This document shows positions 37,238 through 47,300 of a DNA stretch of 64,000 bases, one piece after another. Each line of letters opens with the position of its first letter. Position 1 is the first letter of the stretch. The DNA is from Candidatus Moraniibacteriota bacterium (lineage in GTDB: Bacteria > Patescibacteriota > Minisyncoccia > Moranbacterales > GCA-2747515). The stretch is from the NCBI GenBank assembly GCA_942490825.1, contig CALNYG010000003.1, positions 68,105 to 132,104 on the forward strand, written 5' to 3'. A model generated the notes under the pieces. The model saw nothing but the letters and a program-made list of their open reading frames with translations, was not told where the DNA came from and searched no databases. The position numbers were made by a program, and so were the translations under genes.

Positions 37238-40200
37238 ATGAAAAAAACAAAAAAAATATCGGCATTTTTATTGATGGGATTTTTAATTTATATTCCCCTA
37301 TTTGCCTTTGGAAATGAAGAAACTGGAGACTCAATGTCTTCTCATTCAAAAAAGATCACTGAAACAATTGGGGTAAAAAAATATAAAGAAAACCAGGTTA
37401 TTGTTAAGTATAAAGAAAATGTAATCCAATTAATTAATACTGAAAGTAAGCGTTTAGCAGAAGCCTCTCAAGCAGAAAAAAATCTTGAATCAGAAGAAGT
37501 TCCTGAATTAAATATAGTACTTTTAAAATCAGCTACAAAAACTACAGAGGAGTTAATATCCGAATTAGAAAATGACCCAAATGTTGAGTATGTGGAGCCT
37601 AATTACATTAAAGAAATAAGTTATACACCCAATGACAGTAATTTTATTGATCAATGGGGATTGAATAATACTGGACAAACTGGAGGAACTTCTGATGCAG
37701 ATATTGATGCTTCTGAGGCTTGGGACTCTGAAAATGATACTAATAAAATTGTTGTTGCGGTTTTAGATACAGGAGTACGTTATACGCATGAAGACTTAGC
37801 AAATAATATGTGGGATGGATCTGCTGGATGTAATGATGAAAATAATAATCCAATTTTTGGAGGATGCCCAAATCACGGTTGGGATTTTGAGAATGGAGAT
37901 AACGATCCAATAGATGATAATGGACATGGAACTTTTATTTCAGGAATTATTGCTGGAGAATCTGGAAATGCAAAAGGAATCAGTGGGATGAGTCGATATA
38001 ATGATATTGAAATAATGGCGATAAAAGTAGGAAGTAGCTCAATAAGTACATTTGATGAAATTCAAGGTATAAATTTTGCAAAAAATAATGGAGCCAATAT
38101 TATCAATGCAAGCTTTGGCGGTATAGGCTATGTTCAGTCTGAAAAAGATGCAATTGATGCTTTTCCAGGAATTTTTATTACATCTGCTGGCAATGGTGGA
38201 ATCGACTTTATTGGAGATGATGTTGATGCTATTGGAGTTGATTATACTCCCTGTGATTACACATCTTCTAATATCATTTGTGTAGCTGCAACTGATAAAA
38301 ATGATAGCTTAACTACTTTTTCAAACTATGGTAATGTTTCTGTTGACTTAGGAGCTCCTGGGTCTAATATTTATAGTTCACATTATTCTAGTGATACCAC
38401 TTATGGATCTGGGTCAGGTACATCTTTTTCTACACCCTATGTTGTTGGTGCTACGGCATTAGCTACAAAGCAATTTCCAACAAAAAATGTTAGTGAAATT
38501 AAAGATTTAATAATTAATTCAGGAGATTCGATTTCTTCATTGTCAGGAAAAACTATCTCTGGGAAAAGATTAAACTTAAATAATTCAATTAGCGACACAA
38601 CGCCTCCAACCCGTTCCAATCCAGCTCCATCAGGAGTTCTAGCCTCAACAACCACAAGTAAAAATATTTCTTTAGTCACTAATGAAAATGCTACTTGTAA
38701 ATATTCAACAAGTTCTGGAGTGAGTTACGATTCAATGTCTAATACTTTTAGCACTACTGGAGGAACCTCTCATTCTACTAACGTTAGTGGTTTGAATGCT
38801 GGAAATAGTTATACTTATTATATTCGATGTAAAGATGGTGATAATAATAAAAATAGCAATGATTTTTTGATCAATTTTAGTATCGATAGTGACACAACCC
38901 CACCGACCCTTTCGAGTCCATCTCCATCAGGAGCACTAGCTTCAACAACTATAAGTAAAAATATTTCTTTAGTCACTAATAAAAATGCTACCTGTAAATA
39001 TTCAACAAGTTCTGGAAAAAGTTATGACTCTATGACAAATACTTTTAGTTCTACTGGTGGCAAATCTCATTCTACTAACGTTAGTGGTTTGAATGCTGGA
39101 AATAGTTATACTTATTATATTCGATGTAAAGATGGTGATAATAATAAAAATAGCAATGATTTTTTGATCAATTTTAGTATCGATAGTGCGACTTCTTTTC
39201 CAGTATATCGCTTCTATTCACAAAGGAACAATTCTCATTTTTACACAATTTCTGAAGGTAGCAAACAAGCGATTATTGATAAATATAATGATGATGTTTG
39301 GAAATATGATGGAGTAGCTTTTTATGCTTATAAAACTAAAGAACCCGGAATGCTACCAGTTTATAGGTTTTATTCTAAGAGCGGACTTGAACATTTCTAC
39401 ACAATTTCTGAAAGTAGCAAACGAGCAATTATTGATAAATATAGTGATGATGTTTGGAAATATGAAGGGGTGGCTTTTTATGCTTATCCAAAAAATCCCA
39501 AAACGGCTTGTCAAAGTGGTGCAACTCCTGTTTATAGATTTTATTCTAAAAATTTAACAGCTCATTATTTTTCTACTTCAGATAGTGAAAAAAGTTATTT
39601 AATTGATAATTATAATAGAGATGATTGGCAATTTGAAGGAACATCTTTTTGTGTTGATGACAAAAATACTTCTGTAGAATTAGATTTTAATTATAAAACG
39701 CTTCCGGTATATCGCTTCTATTCACAAAGGAACAATTCTCATTTCTACACAATTTCTGAAAGTAGCAAACAAGCGATTATTGATAAATATAATGATGATG
39801 TTTGGAAATATGATGGAGTAGCTTTTTATGCTTATAAAACTAAAGAACCCGGAATGCTACCAGTTTATAGGTTTTATTCTAAGAGCGGACTTGAACATTT
39901 CTACACAATTTCTGAAAGTAGCAAACGAGCAATTATTGATAAATATAGTGATGATGTTTGGAAATATGAAGGGGTGGCTTTTTATGCTTATCCAAAAAAT
40001 CCTAAAACGGCTTGTCAAAGTGGTGCAACTCCTGTTTATAGATTTTATTCTAAAAATTTAACAGCTCATTATTTTTCTACTTCAGATAGTGAAAAAAGTT
40101 ATTTAATTGATAATTATAATAGAGATGATTGGCAATTTGAAGGAACATCTTTTTGTGTTGATGACAAAAATACTTCTGTAGAATTAGATTTTAATTATAA

Positions 40201-41185
40201 AAAAAATAGTTCCAATGTTACTATTCCTGTCAGTTCTAAAGTTCCTAATAATATGCCTAATATAACTGTAGGCTTATATGAATATACTGAATCTGAACTT
40301 GAAGATAATTCTTTTCGATTAAAAACAGATCAAAACTATATTATAAAGGACAAAAATGGCAATAAAATCGCTACAATTCCAGCTAACACCACTACTAAAG
40401 TAAAATATTTAAATGATTCTAATCATAATTTGAAGATTTACGATTCTATTCCTGAAATTATAACGCCTGAAGAAATAACATTTGAACCTGCAGACAGTTC
40501 AAATTTGAACGCTATTTTTGAAATTGTCAGGCCTGAAATTACTTATTCCAAATATAGAGGGAAAATTAAATTAAAGTATAGTAACAATTCTGGAGCAAAA
40601 AAAATCTGGGTAATTAATGAACTTCCTCTTGAGCAATATGTTTGGGGCATGGGAGAAATTACTGGAACTGGGCCAATGGAGTATAATAAAGTAATGACAA
40701 CTGCTTATAGAAGCTATGGGCTATGGAAAATACTTCATTCCACTAAATATGCAACTGAAGGCTTTAAGGTTGATGCTACGCCTGGAAATCAACTCTATAA
40801 AGGTTATGAATGGGAAACTAGATATCCGAGAATACGTGAAGCAGCAGAAATGACTAAAGGTAGTATTGTAATGTATAAAAATGATATAGCCATTATTCCC
40901 TACTCTTCTTGGACAGATGGAAGAACTCGAAGTTTTAAGGAACGTTGGGGATCAACTCTCTACCCTTGGTGTCAATCTGTAAATGATCCTTATGGTGACT
41001 ATAATGATAAAAAATATTGGGATAATTCTAGTTATAAAAGCACTTCTGAATTAGAAGCTAGTGGTAATCACATGGTTGGAATCAGTGCTCATGGAGCCTT
41101 AAGTTTAGCTTATGATCATAATTGGAAATGGGATAGAATAATTAAATATTATTTGAAAGATGTGCAAATTGATAAAAGATATTAG
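37238..41185 (+). CDS. secreted multidomain protein: subtilisin-like S8 protease + 2 Ig-like repeats + 6 YRF/HFYT repeats + SpoIID/LytB-like domain
   Basis: Signal peptide present. S8 catalytic triad contexts VAVLDTGV, DDNGHGTFISG, GSGTSFSTPYV. The C-terminus (LEQYVWGMGEI...TTAYRSYG...ATPGNQLYKGY...PYSSWTDGRTRS...QSVNDPYG) resembles SpoIID. Confidence 0.85.
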   Translation: MKKTKKISAFLLMGFLIYIPLFAFGNEETGDSMSSHSKKITETIGVKKYKENQVIVKYKENVIQLINTESKRLAEASQAEKNLESEEVPELNIVLLKSATKTTEELISELENDPNVEYVEPNYIKEISYTPNDSNFIDQWGLNNTGQTGGTSDADIDASEAWDSENDTNKIVVAVLDTGVRYTHEDLANNMWDGSAGCNDENNNPIFGGCPNHGWDFENGDNDPIDDNGHGTFISGIIAGESGNAKGISGMSRYNDIEIMAIKVGSSSISTFDEIQGINFAKNNGANIINASFGGIGYVQSEKDAIDAFPGIFITSAGNGGIDFIGDDVDAIGVDYTPCDYTSSNIICVAATDKNDSLTTFSNYGNVSVDLGAPGSNIYSSHYSSDTTYGSGSGTSFSTPYVVGATALATKQFPTKNVSEIKDLIINSGDSISSLSGKTISGKRLNLNNSISDTTPPTRSNPAPSGVLASTTTSKNISLVTNENATCKYSTSSGVSYDSMSNTFSTTGGTSHSTNVSGLNAGNSYTYYIRCKDGDNNKNSNDFLINFSIDSDTTPPTLSSPSPSGALASTTISKNISLVTNKNATCKYSTSSGKSYDSMTNTFSSTGGKSHSTNVSGLNAGNSYTYYIRCKDGDNNKNSNDFLINFSIDSATSFPVYRFYSQRNNSHFYTISEGSKQAIIDKYNDDVWKYDGVAFYAYKTKEPGMLPVYRFYSKSGLEHFYTISESSKRAIIDKYSDDVWKYEGVAFYAYPKNPKTACQSGATPVYRFYSKNLTAHYFSTSDSEKSYLIDNYNRDDWQFEGTSFCVDDKNTSVELDFNYKTLPVYRFYSQRNNSHFYTISESSKQAIIDKYNDDVWKYDGVAFYAYKTKEPGMLPVYRFYSKSGLEHFYTISESSKRAIIDKYSDDVWKYEGVAFYAYPKNPKTACQSGATPVYRFYSKNLTAHYFSTSDSEKSYLIDNYNRDDWQFEGTSFCVDDKNTSVELDFNYKKNSSNVTIPVSSKVPNNMPNITVGLYEYTESELEDNSFRLKTDQNYIIKDKNGNKIATIPANTTTKVKYLNDSNHNLKIYDSIPEIITPEEITFEPADSSNLNAIFEIVRPEITYSKYRGKIKLKYSNNSGAKKIWVINELPLEQYVWGMGEITGTGPMEYNKVMTTAYRSYGLWKILHSTKYATEGFKVDATPGNQLYKGYEWETRYPRIREAAEMTKGSIVMYKNDIAIIPYSSWTDGRTRSFKERWGSTLYPWCQSVNDPYGDYNDKKYWDNSSYKSTSELEASGNHMVGISAHGALSLAYDHNWKWDRIIKYYLKDVQIDKRY
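38594..39187 (+). repeat. 2 x 297-bp in-frame tandem repeat (99-aa Ig-like module)
   Basis: Units start at 38594 and 38891 (DTTPPT...). The 3' ~125 bp of the two units are identical. Confidence 0.9.
39203..40210 (+). repeat. 2 x 504-bp near-identical in-frame tandem duplication (each unit holds three PVYRFYS...HFYT...W.YEGVAFYA modules)
   Basis: Period 504 bp (39203 versus 39707). Only 3 mismatches were found by eye. It creates identical out-of-frame shadow ORFs at 39324 and 39828. Confidence 0.9.
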
Positions 41186-41190
41186 ATAAG

Positions 41191-41224
41191 ATAAATACCA
41201 CCAGCAAATGCTGGTGGTATTTAT
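41191..41224 (+). terminator. terminator hairpin after the protease gene
   Basis: ATAAATACCACCAGC-AAAT-GCTGGTGGTATTTAT, a 15-bp stem. The U-tract is weak. Confidence 0.7.
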
Positions 41225-41683
41225 CTTAAAGACTTTACCAACTGAAACATTGATTTTAATTTTCTGTTATACTTGTGTTAATTTTATTTATATTTTTATA
41301 AATATTTTGTTTAAACCTATTGTAAAGTAATCATCTCTTAAAGAATTCATCTGTCTTCTTTTTATTTATTTTGAAGATTTTCCTTTAATTATTTAGAACG
41401 ATTAGAATATTAAAAACTTTAGTGAAATTTTTATTATACAGAGATACATGCAATTCTTTTTTAATACAATTATCTACTGAAATACTTTATTCAGTATTTT
41501 GGACAGACCATATGATATTTAGCAACTAAATTATTATAATCTTCTCTGTATTATAATAGAATCATTTTATTTCTTTTTTAAGATGATTCTATTTTGCTAC
41601 GCTTTTAAACGCACGCATCTATTAATACAAATTGTTTTTGATTATAATAAATTAAATTCTTTAAAAATTAATTTTAAAATTAC

Positions 41684-42622
41684 CTAATTCCTTTTTATTA
41701 TATAATATTTTTTTAAAAATTTTTTTGGAGAAAATATTACAAATCTAATTTTTTCTTTCCATACGAAATATTGCTCTATCAATTTCCAAAATATAGACGA
41801 TTTCATGAATTTAATCTTGAAATCATTTTTATTATTCTTGTTATTTATTTTCTCAAAAAAACTATATGTTCTAAGAAATAAATTTTCATTAAAAATATCT
41901 GGTCTTTTTTCCCTGATCTTTTGTATAGATAAAAAAATATTATGTTTTAAATCGAATTTAACTCCGCTTGTAAACATATCACTTTCATTATGTAATCTAT
42001 AATAATATAAAATTTCTGGTATTACATATAACTTCAAATTATGCTCTACAAACTTAAGCCAGATGCCATAGTCCTGAAAACTACTATATCTTTCACTCCA
42101 AAAATCTATTTCTTTAAGATCTTTTTTACGAAAGGCAGCATTGGCTCCTCCTGCACAATTTTGAAAAAATAATTTAGGCAAAATTAAGCCCTCTGGAATA
42201 TAAGCATAATTAATATTATTTTTTTTTGTATAGTTTTTCCCATTTAAAAATGACCCATAGCCACATGTTACAGCAGAAATATTTTCGTTATTTTCAAAAA
42301 TTTGCATATATTCATAGATATATTGCTCATTTAAAACATCATCACAATCAACTCCAAAAATAATATTTCCTTTTGCTCTCTTTGCTCCAGCAGTCATTGC
42401 TCCAGAAATTCCTTTATTTTTTTGATTTAATATTTTTATATTATCATAATCCTTATTTATTTTATTTAAAATTTCAATAGATTTTTTAGAAGTTGATCCA
42501 TCATTTACAATAATGATTTCATCAACTTTTCTTGTTTGCTCATATAAACTTTTAATAGTTTCAAAGACAAAAGCATCACCATTATAAAATGGAATAACTA
42601 CTGATAACTTATTTTTTTTCAT
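41684..42622 (-). CDS. GT2-family glycosyltransferase
   Basis: LSVVIPFYNG...IIIVNDGST...GVDCDD (DxD). Confidence 0.85.
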   Translation of the reverse strand: MKKNKLSVVIPFYNGDAFVFETIKSLYEQTRKVDEIIIVNDGSTSKKSIEILNKINKDYDNIKILNQKNKGISGAMTAGAKRAKGNIIFGVDCDDVLNEQYIYEYMQIFENNENISAVTCGYGSFLNGKNYTKKNNINYAYIPEGLILPKLFFQNCAGGANAAFRKKDLKEIDFWSERYSSFQDYGIWLKFVEHNLKLYVIPEILYYYRLHNESDMFTSGVKFDLKHNIFLSIQKIREKRPDIFNENLFLRTYSFFEKINNKNNKNDFKIKFMKSSIFWKLIEQYFVWKEKIRFVIFSPKKFLKKYYIIKRN

Positions 42623-42713
42623 AATATAATAAAACTAATTAACTTTAAAACAGTAATTTTATGATAATCTAAAAGGTTATATCTTAAACTATTAATATTT
42701 TTAACTTTTCAAT

Positions 42714-43568
42714 CTATTTTTTAAATAAATTTAAAACTTTTGATTTAGCTTTACTAAAAAAACTTCTATTACACATCATTAACTCATAATGTTTTTGAGC
42801 AACAACAAAATCAACATTTTTTTCAAACAACTCTCTATGATTATTAACTATTGTAAATACTAATTGCTTGCAATTTTTATTAGAGGTTGCAACTTTTGAA
42901 TTTGATCTTACATAATAATTGAATAAAACTTCAGGAATAACTTTTACCTTACAACCCTGTTTTACAATACTAATCCAATGATCCCAATCTTCATAACCTC
43001 TTAAATTACTGTCATATCCCCCACTTATTTCATGAAAATTTTTTCTAAAACATGTCGCTGTTGGAACAGAAGAATTAATTAAAAAATCTTTTATGTCTAA
43101 ATTTTCTTTTGGCTTCCATAAAAATCTGCTACCTCCAAAAAATTGTGTGTAACAACTCACCAATCCTATTTCCTTATCCGCATCAAAAATATTTTTTGCT
43201 TTTTCTAAATATGTTGGCTCTATTGTGTCATCGGCATCTAAACAAAGTATATGATTTGATTGTGCTAACTTTATACCCTCATTTCTTGCCACTGATACGC
43301 CACTATTTTTGTTTAATCTAATTAAATTTACTTTATTATTAATTTTATTTAAAATTTCTTTAGTTTTTTCATCGGAAGAATTATCATCCACAACAATTAT
43401 TTCAACGTTTTTTAAAGTTTGTAAAAAAACTGAATTAATTGCTTTTATCAAAAAATTTCCTAAATTGTAACAAGGAATTATAACCGAAAAAGTCTTTTTT
43501 TGCACTTCTAAGTCAAAGTCCTTCTCTTTTTTGATTTGTGATATTTTATCCATATTGTATACAACCAA
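42714..43568 (-). CDS. GT2-family glycosyltransferase
   Basis: FSVIIPCYNLGNFL...IIVVDDNSSD...CLDADD. Confidence 0.85.
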   Translation of the reverse strand: MVVYNMDKISQIKKEKDFDLEVQKKTFSVIIPCYNLGNFLIKAINSVFLQTLKNVEIIVVDDNSSDEKTKEILNKINNKVNLIRLNKNSGVSVARNEGIKLAQSNHILCLDADDTIEPTYLEKAKNIFDADKEIGLVSCYTQFFGGSRFLWKPKENLDIKDFLINSSVPTATCFRKNFHEISGGYDSNLRGYEDWDHWISIVKQGCKVKVIPEVLFNYYVRSNSKVATSNKNCKQLVFTIVNNHRELFEKNVDFVVAQKHYELMMCNRSFFSKAKSKVLNLFKK

Positions 43569-43573
43569 TAAAA

Positions 43574-44302
43574 TTAACGTTCATTCTTAATAGAACAAAA
43601 AGTAATGTTATTAGAAATTCCATTATACTTAGTTACAAAACCTAATTCATTATCTAAAAAATAAACTATATCTAAGCCAAAATCATTATAAACAAGTGAG
43701 CCATTTAGATCAATTGGGGAACCATGATAATGTTTTGGTTGTAAAAAAACATCATCGTTACCGCTTGTATCAACTCTCTTAAGTGTTAGCCCTCCTAGGC
43801 GAATAGGAACGGTAAAAATATGCATGCCACCATTTTTCAAAACACGTCGGATTTCTTTAAACGCCTTTTTATAATCCCTTATATGCTCAAATATATCAGA
43901 TGTAATAATTAAATCAAATGTTGAATCATCATAAGTTAAATTCTCCAAGTTTTGACATTGGATGCCATCCTTATAATCTCCTGCAGCAATATCCTCCCAA
44001 TAATAAGAGTTACTATAAGTACTAATATTATTGAAATAATTTCTAAAAGGACCTATTATTCCAGGTTCATACACAGATAATTTTTCTTTAACAACTAACT
44101 TAACAAAGTCATTAATATCATTTTTTGAGCACAAATCAAAATTACTTTTTATCATCGCAAATTGTTCTTGATATCTCAAAGAAGATCCGCATTTAGGACA
44201 GCAGAAACCTTCTCTTATGCTGTCACTTATGCTATTTTTACTTTTTTTTACAAAGCTACCTTTATAAAGACAGATATCACATATTTTTTTTATTTTTTCC
44301 AT
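43574..44302 (-). CDS. class I SAM-dependent methyltransferase with an N-terminal zinc ribbon
   Basis: CDIC...CCPKCGS zinc ribbon. Methyltransferase core DLIITSDIFEHIRDYKKAFKEIRRVLKNGGMHIFTVP. Confidence 0.7.
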   Translation of the reverse strand: MEKIKKICDICLYKGSFVKKSKNSISDSIREGFCCPKCGSSLRYQEQFAMIKSNFDLCSKNDINDFVKLVVKEKLSVYEPGIIGPFRNYFNNISTYSNSYYWEDIAAGDYKDGIQCQNLENLTYDDSTFDLIITSDIFEHIRDYKKAFKEIRRVLKNGGMHIFTVPIRLGGLTLKRVDTSGNDDVFLQPKHYHGSPIDLNGSLVYNDFGLDIVYFLDNELGFVTKYNGISNNITFCSIKNER

Positions 44303-44315
44303 ATTTACAAAATTT

Positions 44316-47300
44316 CTATTTAATTATTTTAGCCAAAATATTATCAACAATATTATCCCATCTATATTCAGATAAATATGATTTATTATTTTTTCTACTT
44401 AAATCTTTTTTCAAAACTTCTGGAATTAAATTTATAAACTCATTATTATTTTTTGCCACATATAATTTATCATATTCGATATCTAAACCTTCTAAATTTG
44501 TTGAAAGAATTTTTTTATTTAAAGATGCATACAAATATAATTTTAACGGATTCATATTTTTTGTCATTTCATTGAACTTGTGTGGAATAATGCATAAATC
44601 AAAAAACTTTATATATTTAATTGCTTCAGCATAAGTACGAACTCCAATAACCTTAATGTTTTTAATGTTTTCAATCTTTTTAATGTCATTTTTTGCTCTA
44701 TGAAAAGATCCAATTAACACTATTTGTACATTTGGATATTTAATAGCAACTTCTTTTAATAAATCAAAGTTAAACCGTAAAGAATCCATATTTCCTGTAT
44801 ATCCTAAAATAGGTTTATTGATAAGTTCCATATCTTTAGGTATTTGCCAACTTGCGACCTCCTTTTTGTTAAAACTCTCACACCCATTTTCAAATTTATA
44901 TATAGGAATATTTAAATCTGTAACTATTTTTTTACAATAATCATACATATTATTATTATTGCAAAAAATAATATTACTTTTTTTTAAAATCTTTTCATAT
45001 TTAGCATAATATACTTCAGAATTATCTTTTTCATCAAATGAACCTGCATAATCAATAACATCTGATATAACTTTATATGGTTTTAATTTACCTACAATAT
45101 AGGATGAATCATCAATCAATGGACAAAACCAAAAGTAAGCCCTATCTATATTAATACCAGCATTATTAATTTCATTTTTAATATATTCAACATACTCATC
45201 AGCAGAATATTTATCATACAAATAGACCCTCCTCGAAATATCTTTTTCATCTGAATAGTTAGCAATTCTATTAGTAGTATTCTCAAAAACAAAACTATTT
45301 TGGGAATGTTTAAATTTACTTTCTTTTTTTAATTGATTTAATTGGCTCTCGCTTATTGGTTTATCAAAATGTAAAATCTTTCTAACTTTTTTATTCTTTA
45401 ATAAATACTTCACCATCATATCCGATCTACGACCATAAATATTAGAATCATTTTGTTTCCAAAAAAAAACCACATCTATTCCTTCGCTACTAGAATCACT
45501 TTTGCATTTATCTTCCATAAAATTTAAAAAACTGTCAACCTTGTCCATTTTAGAATCAACTAAGCCGCATTCACTCTTAAAAATGCTTTTTAAAGTTTTA
45601 TTAGCATATTCATAACTTAAATACTCAATAAAATATTTTCGATTCTTAATAGCACTAACCTTAAATTGATTATAATTATTAAATATATGATCAATTTTTT
45701 TAGGTAATTCTGATATATTTTCCAAAACTTCAATACAACCTAAAGATATAAACTTTTCTAGCGGTTTTATTTTTGTGCTTAAAATTGGAATTTCCATAGA
45801 AAGAGCATCTGAAATTTTTGATGGTATTTGAGATTTTGAAATTTCTGAGTTAATATCTTGTAATAAACACACTAAATCAGCAGCAGATAAAAATGCTGGT
45901 AATTTATCAAAGTCCTGATTTTCATAAACCTTAACAGATTTATTTCCTTTAAGAGCTTCTTTGACCTCTTCCTGAATAACGCTTCCTATGATACAAAATT
46001 TATAATTTATATTACCAATTTTCTTTAAAGCATCTGCCACCTCAATGATTCCTTTATGTTTATGCGGTGTGCCTACAAACATTATAACTTTATCATCTTT
46101 TTTGTAACCTAAAGCTTTTCTAATTTTATCTCTATTATAAAGTTTAGGATTAAAATATTGTTCATCTCTTATATGGGGAATTATTGTTCCACCATATTTT
46201 TCTTGTAAAGAATAGTTTGAAACTATAATTTTTTCAAATGTACAGGCTAGCGATTCTGTATATCTATTCCAGGTTTGACTATGTGCAACAGCAAATTCTT
46301 TAGATTCTTCATTAAATATTTCTTCCGCTTCAGAAATAGAATCTATTCTTGTTTTATTTCTTTCAAATGATAACTCATCGTCATCAACATCTAATATTAT
46401 TTTTGCATTAGTTTTTCTGCGTAACAAAAATCCTAACAATAAAGATGTCATTTTAGGTTTGCATACAATAATATAGTCAGCATCTTTATCTTTTATTGAT
46501 TTTATTATTCTTTGATAAAGTAATGGGAAAGTTGCTCCATCAATAATATACAAACAAAAATCTCTTAAATAAGTCAGGGGTTGCCATAATGATTTACCAT
46601 AAAAAGGAAAGAGGACGCCCATCATTTCTACGTTAAAATCTTTTTTCAAAACATCATAAAACAAGAAGGCTCTAGCAACAGGATTATGACTTACTGACCA
46701 TGCTACTACAACAACTTTTTTTCTATTTTTTAGATTTTCGTTATAAGCAGCATCATTTTTCTTTAAATAAAATCCATCAATATTAGGATTTTTTTCATAA
46801 TAAAAACGAATATTTCTTTTAAAAATATTCCTGATTTTTGAAGATATTTTTTTGAAAAATAAAAAAAATAAGTAAGGATTTTTTATTCCTTTTTTAATTT
46901 CATTTTTATAATATCTAATCATTTCTCTAATTTTCCAAAGTTTTAAATATTTCATTTTATTGAAAAATCTATTTTTTAATATTGAATTAGGAAAAACTGA
47001 CTTTTTTACTTTAATAATTGCTTTTATAATCAACCTAGGAATATCAAATATAGAATTTATTTTAATATTTTTATTTCCAAATAAAAATATTATAAAAAAA
47101 TTAACTGGAAAAGTAATTAATTTATAGGGCTTCTTAACTGATCGAAAAAATAAACTGCCCAACTTAAAAGATTTTGAATTTTTAATGGCTTTAATCCCCT
47201 TATCTCTATTTTTAATCTCCTTATCTTTATCTTTTAACCAATTGTCTCTATTTTTAATCTCCTTATCTTTATCTTTTAACCAATTGTCTCTATTTTTTAA

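Noticed and set aside
39324-40061. Two identical 77-aa ORFs at 39324-39557 and 39828-40061.
   Set aside because: They are out-of-frame products of the 504-bp duplication inside the protease gene, not genes.
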